NCBI GenBank assembly: GCA_963742165.1
Contig: CAVUKX010000017.1
Coordinates: 110,698-174,697 of the forward strand
DNA: 64,000 nt
Reading direction: 5' to 3'
Source: an uncultured Acidobacteriota bacterium
Lineage (GTDB): Bacteria > Acidobacteriota > Terriglobia > Terriglobales > Acidobacteriaceae
The notes beneath the pieces are model-generated. The model was not told the DNA's origin and searched no databases. It saw only the letters and a list, made by a program, of their open reading frames with translations. Both the position numbers and the translations under genes were made by a program. Within the stretch, counting starts at the first letter, position 1. Each line of letters opens with the position of its first letter. Positions 29,440 to 36,523 of the stretch are shown in pieces.

Positions 29440-30535
29440 ATGGGATTCGATCATTTCCGCGGCAATGGCGCCACCGTGGCACGGCTGCGGCAGATGATTG
29501 CACGCGACCATTTGCCGCACGCCATCATCCTGACCGGGGCGCGCGGAGCGGGAAAGTTTACCCTGGCGCAGATGGTGGCCAAGGCGGTGAACTGCCTGGA
29601 GCGTCCGGTGGACGAAGACGGACTTCCAGACTTTTGTGGGCGGTGCCGCAACTGCGAGCGCATTGGCCAGGCCGACGCGCTGGAGCAGCGCTTTGCCGAA
29701 GCAGTGGAGGCGCGCGAGGCGATGCGCGAGGGCAGATAAGCGCGATACCCGCATCTTTGTGCAGACCCATCCCGAGGTGCTGATCATTCCGCCCGACCCG
29801 CCGCAGATGCTGGTGAAGGTGGACCAGGTGCGGCATGTGATCGGCGAGATGTATTACCGTCCGGCGGAAGGACGGCAGAAGTTTTATATTTTTTCGGAAT
29901 CGAATTTCATGAAAGAGGCGGCCAACGCGCTGCTGAAAGTGTTGGAGGAGCCGCCCGACTTCGCCACGCTGTTCCTGCTGGCGGAAAACGCCAATTCCCT
30001 GCTGCCCACCATCCGCTCGCGCTGCATTACGCTGCGGCTGGCGCCGCTGACGGCCGCCGAGATTGCGCAGGACCTGGCGCTGCGCACCGAGTGGACGGCG
30101 GCGCAGAAGAAGCTGGTAGCCCAGCTGAGCGCCGGAGCGGTGGGACGGGCGCGCGGCTTCGACCTGAACGGATACCTGGCGGCGCGCAAGGACGCGCTGC
30201 TGCTGCTGACCACGGCGCTGGGCGAAAACGACCACTCGGCGCTGTTCCGCGCCACGGAGGCCTACCGCGCCGGGGGCGAGGGCAAGGCCAAGACCGACCA
30301 GTTGATCGCCGTGCTTTATTCGATTCTGGAGGACCTGATGTTTCTGAAATCGGGGTCGGCCGAGTTGATGCGAAATCAGGATCTGCAGGCCGAGTTGGAG
30401 TCCATTGCCGCGCAGGTTTCGTTTGGCTGGATTGTGCGCGCCAGCGACGGGCTGGGCGAGGTGCAGAACGGAATGCGGCGCAATCTGCTGCGCTCGCTCT
30501 CCCTGGATGGATACTCCAGCGCGCTGGAAGTGTAG
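29440..30535 (+). pseudogene. holB: DNA polymerase III delta-prime subunit, frame broken by a 1-nt insertion (probably an assembly error)
   Basis: ORF 29440..29739 (LPHAIILTGARGAGKFTLA, CGRCRNCERI) stops at TAA 29737. ORF 29636..30535 continues as ADKRDTRIFVQTHPEVLII...KVLEEPP...RSRC. Deleting one G from GGG 29730..29732 gives a continuous ...EAMREADKRDTRI... Confidence 0.85.
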
Positions 30536-30666
30536 CGTTACCCGCCGAGCGTCGGCGACCGGCAGCGGCGTTCGTTGCCGCGTTACCCGCCGAGCGTCGG
30601 CGACCGGCAGCGGCGTTCGTTGCCGCGTTACCCGCGAGCGTCGGCGGCCGGCAGCGCAGCGTTTCC
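30535..30666. repeat. 45-bp tandem repeat, 2 exact units plus 1 degenerate, same family as 28518..28598 but opposite orientation
   Basis: GCGTTACCCGCCGAGCGTCGGCGACCGGCAGCGGCGTTCGTTGCC at 30535..30579 is repeated exactly at 30580..30624. The third copy ends ..GGCCGGCAGCGCAGCGTTTCCC. The array begins on the last base of the holB stop codon. Confidence 0.9.
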
Positions 30667-30894
30667 CGCATACGATCTACGCCGCCGGACACGGCCTGCG
30701 GTGCCGCGATGACTAAGGCATTTGTTGTTTTTCGCCCTGCGCGTGTGTTAAGTTTTAACCACGAACCACTGCATCCTCTTTCAGGAAATCAGTTTCCGCA
30801 CCCTCTTTTGTGCGTGCGCGGCTGTGTCCTCAGCGGGGAATCGCGGGGAATTTTGACTGCAACTTTGGATACTCCCCTAGGGAGAGGACTCGTG

Positions 30895-31356
30895 ATGAGA
30901 AATGGACCTGACTCAACCGCCGTGGTGCGGGCACTCGAGCCAGACAACTTCGGGAACCGCAAACTGATCCGGCCTTCGCTGAATCGCGAGCAGGCTCGCG
31001 CCGCCGAAGCCGCCGTGGAGCCGCGCGAACGCGGCTTACGCAGCGCGGAGCGGAGTGCCGAGCGCGGCACCGAGCGCACTGTGGAACGCGCCCATAACCA
31101 TGAGCGCACACCGGGCAGCCCCAAAAAGTCCGCACCGGCCGAGCAGACGCACGCCGAAAATTTCTATTATCAGAAGCAGATCCAGGGCAAGACTCCGATG
31201 GTGGTAGTGACGCGCGACGGCGAGCAGTTGCGCGGCATCATCGAGTGGTATGACAAGAGCTGCATCAAGCTGAACCGGTCCGCGGGCCAATCCAACCTGC
31301 TGATTTATAAAACCGCCATCCGGTATATGTACAAGGAAGGCGAAGAGACGAAGTAG
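30895..31356 (+). CDS. Hfq/Sm-like RNA-binding protein with a long N-terminal Arg/Glu-rich extension
   Basis: Track ORF 30091..31356 trimmed to ATG 30895 (GAGAGGA upstream). The C-terminal 65 aa, ENFYYQKQIQGKTPMVVVTRDGEQLRGIIEWYDKSCIKLNRSAGQSNLLIYKTAIRYMY, fit Sm1 (V.V.L..G..L.G.I...D) and Sm2 (YKHAI-like IYKTAI). Confidence 0.6.
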   Translation: MRNGPDSTAVVRALEPDNFGNRKLIRPSLNREQARAAEAAVEPRERGLRSAERSAERGTERTVERAHNHERTPGSPKKSAPAEQTHAENFYYQKQIQGKTPMVVVTRDGEQLRGIIEWYDKSCIKLNRSAGQSNLLIYKTAIRYMYKEGEETK

Positions 31357-31403
31357 CGAAGCGGCACGGCCTATACGAAATCATTGTTGCAACGCCATCT
31401 TTG

Positions 31404-31430
31404 GAGCCCGCCTCGCGCGGGCTCTTTTAT
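31404..31430 (+). terminator. Rho-independent terminator after the Hfq-like gene
   Basis: GAGCCCGC-CTCGC-GCGGGCTC followed by TTTTATT. Overlaps the tsaC stop codon on the other strand. Confidence 0.7.
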
Positions 31431-32467
31431 TGGGAGGCTTTGCGCAGGCGGTCGCGGATCGCCATGCCGATTCCCTCGGGCGGGGGCAGCGGGCAGACGA
31501 TGACCTCGACGCCCTGTTCGTCGAGCGCGCGCAGCAGGGAGTACAGATCGCGGGCGAGCGACTGCGGCTCGCTCCAGCTTCCCCAGCGCAGCACCGTTAC
31601 GGCCACCAGCGGCACCCTCCACTCAAAGGGAAGCAGCACACCCACCGTGTTGTGGCGCGTCTCGCGCTTGAGCACCTGCATGAGATCGGATTCGCTGGAG
31701 ACCAGCACTAACCGGGCGCGCGGAGCGTAATGACGAATGCCGAAGCCGGGAGATTCGAGGGCCTCGCGCGGGACCTCGTCGGCCACGGTGCGCAGGGCCA
31801 TCTCGACGCTGCCCAGCACGAGTTTAAGCTGCTCGGCGGTGACACCCCCGGGCCGGTAGATGAGCGGCGGGGTCGCCGTCGGGTCCAGCACGGTGGACTC
31901 GACCCCTACGGCGCAGCCTCCGGCGTCGAGAACGGCGTCGATACGGCCGTCGAGGTCGGCCAGGACATGCTCGGCCGTGGTGGGGCTGGTGTGTCCGAAC
32001 AGGTTGGCACTGGGCGCGGCGATGGGCACTCCGGCGGCGGCGATGAGCGCCCGCGCCACGGGATGCGCGGGCAAGCGCAGCCCGACCTTGGGACGGCCGG
32101 CGGTGCACAGATCGGGAATCGCCGCGCTGCGCGGCAGCAGCATGGTAAGCGGGCCGGGCCAGAAAGCCTCCGCCAGGCGGGCGGCCGCATCCGTCCAATC
32201 CGAGGTCAGTTGGCGCGCCGAAGCCACATCGGCTACGTGAACGATCACCGGGTCCCAGTGGGGACGCTGCTTGGCGGCGAAGATCTTCTCCACCGCCGCG
32301 GCATCGAGCGCGTTGGCGCCGAGTCCGTAGACGGTTTCCGTGGGAAAGGCCACCAGTCCGCCGGCGCGCAGGATTTCAGCGGCCTGGAGCAGGGCTGGGT
32401 CGCGGGAAATGTCGCGAGCAATGTCGGGCTCCGACTCGGCGGCGATGCGCAGGCGAAGGGTTTCCAT
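31427..32467 (-). CDS. tsaC: L-threonylcarbamoyladenylate synthase (Sua5/TsaC, long form)
   Basis: GGLVAFPTETVYGLGANALDAAAVEKIFAAKQRP and ..APSANLFGHTSPTTAEHV, plus a Sua5-type C-terminal domain (346 aa). Confidence 0.85.
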   Translation of the reverse strand: METLRLRIAAESEPDIARDISRDPALLQAAEILRAGGLVAFPTETVYGLGANALDAAAVEKIFAAKQRPHWDPVIVHVADVASARQLTSDWTDAAARLAEAFWPGPLTMLLPRSAAIPDLCTAGRPKVGLRLPAHPVARALIAAAGVPIAAPSANLFGHTSPTTAEHVLADLDGRIDAVLDAGGCAVGVESTVLDPTATPPLIYRPGGVTAEQLKLVLGSVEMALRTVADEVPREALESPGFGIRHYAPRARLVLVSSESDLMQVLKRETRHNTVGVLLPFEWRVPLVAVTVLRWGSWSEPQSLARDLYSLLRALDEQGVEVIVCPLPPPEGIGMAIRDRLRKASQ

Positions 32468-32473
32468 GGGCGC

Positions 32474-33028
32474 CTATAGTTTGGGCAGCACGATACCGGC
32501 CTGGTTCTGGTATTTGCCGGCCTTGTCCTTGTAGCTCACTTCGCAGGGCTCGTCTCCCTGGAAAAACAGGATTTGGCAGAGTCCCTCGTTGGCATAAATT
32601 TTGGCGGGCAGCGGAGTGCTGTTGCTGATCTCCAGGGTGACAAAGCCCTCCCACTCTGGCTCGAACGGAGTGACGTTGACGATAATGCCGCAGCGCGCGT
32701 AGGTGGACTTGCCGACACAGATGGTGAGCACGTCGCGCGGGATCTTGAAGTACTCGACCGAGCGGGCCAGGGCGAAGGAGTTGGGCGGGACCATGATGCT
32801 GTCGGCGCGGATGGAGACGAAGGAGCGCTCGTCGAACTTTTTGGGGTCCACGATGGCCGAGTTTACGTTGGTGAAAATTTTGAACTCGTCGGCCACCCGC
32901 AGATCATAGCCGTAGGACGAAAGTCCGTAGCTGATGACGCCTTCGCGCATCTGCTTTTCGCAGAACGGGTCGATCATCTGCTGCGTCTGCGCCATCTCGC
33001 GAATCCAGCGGTCACTCTTTATCGCCAT
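32474..33028 (-). CDS. dcd: dCTP deaminase
   Basis: Trimmed to ATG 33028 (AAGGAG upstream): [13 protein letters not shown]...SYGYDLR...[30 protein letters not shown]. Confidence 0.9.
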   Translation of the reverse strand: MAIKSDRWIREMAQTQQMIDPFCEKQMREGVISYGLSSYGYDLRVADEFKIFTNVNSAIVDPKKFDERSFVSIRADSIMVPPNSFALARSVEYFKIPRDVLTICVGKSTYARCGIIVNVTPFEPEWEGFVTLEISNSTPLPAKIYANEGLCQILFFQGDEPCEVSYKDKAGKYQNQAGIVLPKL

Positions 33029-33202
33029 TTTGGTTCCGACTCCTTGTGTGCTGTCAACGTGTAGGGCCATCTTAACATTCAGGATTCCCGGCGGCGAGGA
33101 CGTGCTACCATCTCGGCATCGCAGGTTGACATTGCCTGCTCCATTTTCTAGCATCATTGGGCAAGTTCTTGATTCTCAATCCGAAGCGCCGGAGCCGATC
33201 GC

Positions 33203-33472
33203 TTGATCAAACTCGACATTATCAACGAAGTGGTAAACCGCACCGGGGTCACCAAGACCAAGGCCGAGCGCGCCGTGGAGACCGTATTTGAGAGCATGAA
33301 GAACGCGCTGGCCGCAGGCGACCGGATCGAGTTGCGCGGCTTTGGCGTCTTCAACGTGCGCCCGCGCAAGACCGGCATCGGCCGCAACCCGCGCACCGGA
33401 GCCGAAGTCAACATTCCGCCGGGCAAGGCCGTCCGCTTCAAGCCGGGCAAGGAACTGCAATCGATCGATTAG
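33203..33472 (+). CDS. HU/IHF-family DNA-binding protein (IHF-like)
   Basis: TTG start: MIKLDIINEVVNRTGVTKTKAERAVETVFESMKNALAAGDRIELRGFGVFNVRPRKTGIGRNPRTGAEVNIPPGKAVRFKPGKEL. Confidence 0.85.
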   Translation: MIKLDIINEVVNRTGVTKTKAERAVETVFESMKNALAAGDRIELRGFGVFNVRPRKTGIGRNPRTGAEVNIPPGKAVRFKPGKELQSID

Positions 33473-33538
33473 TCCAGCGGCGGCATGCGGTTGCGCCGCT
33501 GCCGCCTGTGTGTCCGAACGAGCGCGAGCGTCTGCCCG

Positions 33539-34576
33539 ATGTCTGATTCCGTCCCCAATTCCCTGCCCGGAAACCCTGTGGTGTACGTGCGGCTCTCCGA
33601 TCCGGCATGTTCGCTCCCGATATACGCGCCCAAAGTCCGCTACGGAGTGCCGCTGCTGTTGCTGGCGGTCACCTTCTGCACCACGGTGCTGGTGGGCTCG
33701 CGGCTGCAGTTCAACTTCGATCATCATCTGGATGCCTTCGCCACCGGCAATGAACTGCTGCCGCTGTTTCCAGTGCAGTGGCTGTGGCAGAACCCGCGCC
33801 AGTTGCTGCTGGGCGTGCCATTCTCGCTGGCCATCATGAGCATTCTGCTGGCGCATGAGATGGGACACTACCTCTATTGCCGCCACTATCGAGTGCGCGC
33901 CACCCTGCCGTTCTTTATCCCTGCGCCTACGCTGATCGGCACGCTGGGCGCGTTCATCCGCATCGGCGGGCGGATTGAATCGCGCGCGGCGCTGTTTGAT
34001 ATCGGCATCGCCGGGCCGATTGCGGGATTTGTGGTGGCCGTGCCTACCATGCTCGCGGGACTAGCCTTGTCGCATCCCGTAGCCGGCTTCCCCGATCCCG
34101 ACCTGCAGTTCGGCTTCCCGTTGATCTTCCAGCTCGGCCATCTCCTATTGCACCGCGTATTTTCGCACCAGGGAGGGCCTTCGCTGGTGCACTACTATCT
34201 GCATCCGGTGGCCATTGCGGGCTGGGCCGGAATGCTGGCCACGGCGCTGAATCTGCTGCCCGGCGGACAACTGGATGGCGGGCATCTGGTGTTTGCCGTC
34301 TCGCCGCGGATGCACCGCTTTTTCTCCTGGGCGATGGTCGGCTCGCTGGTGGTGATGGCCTGGTTCTTCTGGGTGGGATGGATGGCTTGGGCGATTCTGC
34401 TGGCGCTGAGCGGACTGCAGCAGCCGAGCGTTCCGCAGCGGCCCGGCGTGGGACGCGGTCGCAAACGTCTCTCCCTGGTGGCGATAGCGATGCTGATTCT
34501 CACCTTTACCCCCGCACCGGTAGCCAACTCCAGCTTCCCCCAAGTGGCTCATATGATCAAGTACGGCAGCCGGTAG
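33539..34576 (+). CDS. M50 site-2-protease-family membrane metalloprotease
   Basis: Trimmed to ATG 33539. Multi-TM protein with HEMGHYLYCRHY (HExxH) and a later NLLPGGQLDGGH motif. Confidence 0.8.
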   Translation: MSDSVPNSLPGNPVVYVRLSDPACSLPIYAPKVRYGVPLLLLAVTFCTTVLVGSRLQFNFDHHLDAFATGNELLPLFPVQWLWQNPRQLLLGVPFSLAIMSILLAHEMGHYLYCRHYRVRATLPFFIPAPTLIGTLGAFIRIGGRIESRAALFDIGIAGPIAGFVVAVPTMLAGLALSHPVAGFPDPDLQFGFPLIFQLGHLLLHRVFSHQGGPSLVHYYLHPVAIAGWAGMLATALNLLPGGQLDGGHLVFAVSPRMHRFFSWAMVGSLVVMAWFFWVGWMAWAILLALSGLQQPSVPQRPGVGRGRKRLSLVAIAMLILTFTPAPVANSSFPQVAHMIKYGSR

Positions 34577-34610
34577 CGGAGTCTGCGCAAGACGCCTGCA
34601 AGGAGCACGC

Positions 34611-35459
34611 ATGAGCCCTGCTCGCAATTACTCGAAAGCATTGTTCTTGCTGCTATTTTTGGTGACCGGCACCCAGCTATGGGCCGGTCCTCCGTTTCAG
34701 ACTGACGACCCGGAGCCAGTGGAGCAGGGACACTTCGAGTTCTATCAGTTCGGCTCGGTGGCCAGCACGCCGGTGGTCACCAATCCCACCGGACCGGCGT
34801 TTGAATTCAACTGGGGCGCGCTCCCTAACCTGCAATTGCACATCATTGTGCCCTTCGGCGCCACGATTCCTTCCAACAATCCCATCTACCTGCCGGGCGG
34901 CGTTGGGCGCACCGCCTACGGGCTAACCGACACGGAGACGGGCGCAAAGATTCGTCTGGTGCAGGAGACCAAACACCGGCCGCAGATAGGAATTTATCCG
35001 ATGTTTGAGTTGCCCACAGGCAGCTATAGCCGAGGGCTGGGAGTGGGAAAAGTCTGGTACAAGATGCCGGTGTGGGTACAAAAAAGCTGGGGAGAGTGGA
35101 CGACGTATGGCGGTGCGGGATACCAGATTGTGCCGCAAACCCAGTATCGCAATTTTTTCTACTCAGGATGGTTGTTGCAACGGAATCTTGGCAAGAAGCT
35201 GACGCTGGGCGGAGAGGTTTTCTCTCACCAGAAGGAAGGCTTTGCCACGCCACAGACACAGGCCTCGACCCTGGTGGACCTGGGCGGGATGTACTACTTC
35301 AAAAACCCCGGCTTGCAGTTGCTGTTTGCTTACGGACACTCGGTGGCTGGGCAGACCGAAAACTATGCCTATCTTGGGCTTTACCAGACGTGGGGAGGCA
35401 AGAGCGACAAAGGGAATGGGTTTCTGGCGCGCATGTTTTCGGCGCATGGAAGAGAGTGA
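34611..35459 (+). CDS. Putative outer-membrane beta-barrel (MetA-pathway/transporter-like family)
   Basis: Signal peptide ..LWAGPPFQTDDPEPVEQGHFEFYQF, then alternating beta-strand pattern to a C-terminal aromatic region. Family call is from memory of the PF.TDD start motif. Confidence 0.5.
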   Translation: MSPARNYSKALFLLLFLVTGTQLWAGPPFQTDDPEPVEQGHFEFYQFGSVASTPVVTNPTGPAFEFNWGALPNLQLHIIVPFGATIPSNNPIYLPGGVGRTAYGLTDTETGAKIRLVQETKHRPQIGIYPMFELPTGSYSRGLGVGKVWYKMPVWVQKSWGEWTTYGGAGYQIVPQTQYRNFFYSGWLLQRNLGKKLTLGGEVFSHQKEGFATPQTQASTLVDLGGMYYFKNPGLQLLFAYGHSVAGQTENYAYLGLYQTWGGKSDKGNGFLARMFSAHGRE

Positions 35460-35463
35460 GCCG

Positions 35464-35898
35464 ATGAGGGGAACGATGCTGGACGTGAGGAGATGGCTGA
35501 TTGCTCTGGGACTGATGTTTTTCGCCAGTGTGTTGTGGGCGGCGGACACGCAGCGCTTCGACGGCGAGTGGCAGACCACGGTTTCGTGCGAGGCGTCGCG
35601 AGGCGCGCTGGGATATTCGTTTCGCTTTGTGAGCACGGTGAAAGACGGCGTGCTGCATGGGCTGCACGGCACGGCAGGAGAACCGGGTTCGCTCGCACTC
35701 GATGGCAGGATCGGGGACGACGGAGTTGGCAAACTCTATGCGAATGGCCGCACCGGCTCCAAGGAATATGTGCCGGGGCGCGACACCCCGAGAGGAACCG
35801 AGTATGGCTACAACATCGACGCGAAGTTCGAGGGGTCGACGGGAACAGGCATCCGCATCGAGGGGCGTCCGTGTACGCTCCAGTTTGAAAAGCAGTGA
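35464..35898 (+). CDS. Small secreted hypothetical protein, co-transcribed with the barrel gene
   Basis: ATG 35464 is 4 nt after the previous stop. Signal-like WLIALGLMFFASVLWAAD. No family recognised. Confidence 0.5.
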   Translation: MRGTMLDVRRWLIALGLMFFASVLWAADTQRFDGEWQTTVSCEASRGALGYSFRFVSTVKDGVLHGLHGTAGEPGSLALDGRIGDDGVGKLYANGRTGSKEYVPGRDTPRGTEYGYNIDAKFEGSTGTGIRIEGRPCTLQFEKQ

Positions 35899-35923
35899 GC
35901 GGGCGGGTCACGATCGGTGACTA

Positions 35924-36205
35924 TCAGCCGAAGAGTTCGCTGTGCGATCCAAGGCGGGCCAGTCGCAGTATCCCGGCGTCGGCTTTCCGGTAGATCAGCA
36001 GAAGGTCCGGCTTGATGTGACACTCGCGGTATCCCGACCAATCTCCGCTCAGATCATGGTCGCGGTAACGAGACTGTAACGGGCAGTCATTTGCCAATGC
36101 CACCAGGACGGACATCAGTTCGGCATCGAGTGTTGCGCGGTGGCGGCCCTTGGCTTCGCGCTTGTAGTCTCGCTTGAAAACCGATGAGCGTTCAATCGTC
36201 CTCAC
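35924..36205 (-). CDS. yafQ: Type II toxin, YafQ (RelE/ParE superfamily) mRNA interferase
   Basis: Aligns with remembered E. coli YafQ: ..FKRDYKRE.., YRDHDLSGDWSGYRECHIKPDLLLIYRK....LRLARLGSHSELFG. Confidence 0.85.
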   Translation of the reverse strand: MRTIERSSVFKRDYKREAKGRHRATLDAELMSVLVALANDCPLQSRYRDHDLSGDWSGYRECHIKPDLLLIYRKADAGILRLARLGSHSELFG

Positions 36206-36458
36206 GCAGGTCCGCCATCACAGCATCGACGCTGGCAAAGCGTTTGCCTTTTCCGGCTTCAAGTTCGACGATTGCCTTGCGGGTGACCGCGTTGGGAGCT
36301 TTGACCTCGAAGGGGAGGCGGTGCTCGTCGGCAACGCGCAGCATCAATAGGCGAATTGCATCGGAAATGGACAGGCCCATGGCTTCCAAGGCCTTGGCGG
36401 CGCGCTTTTTGGTTTTCGTATCGATGCGGGCGCGGACGTAAGTATCGGCTGTACTCAT
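36192..36458 (-). CDS. dinJ: Type II antitoxin, DinJ/RelB family
   Basis: Trimmed to ATG 36458: YVRARIDTKTKKRAAKALEAMGLSISDAIRLLMLRVADEHRLPFEV. Overlaps the toxin start by 14 nt. Confidence 0.85.
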   Translation of the reverse strand: MSTADTYVRARIDTKTKKRAAKALEAMGLSISDAIRLLMLRVADEHRLPFEVKAPNAVTRKAIVELEAGKGKRFASVDAVMADLREDD

Positions 36459-36523
36459 GGCAAACCTCCGGGGGAGTCCGATTCCTATTGTAGTCACAAT
36501 GGCACTACATGGCAACCTGCAAT

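Noticed and set aside
30535-30666. Possible CRISPR array (regular 45-bp periodicity)
   Set aside because: The units are contiguous with no unique spacers, and there are only about 3 copies. No cas genes are nearby. The unit belongs to a dispersed repeat family.
30091-30894. N-terminal 268 codons of track ORF 30091..31356
   Set aside because: This part overlaps the holB 3' end and the 45-bp repeat array and translates to Arg/Ala/Gly low complexity. A good RBS and ATG at 30895 precede the recognisable Sm-like domain.
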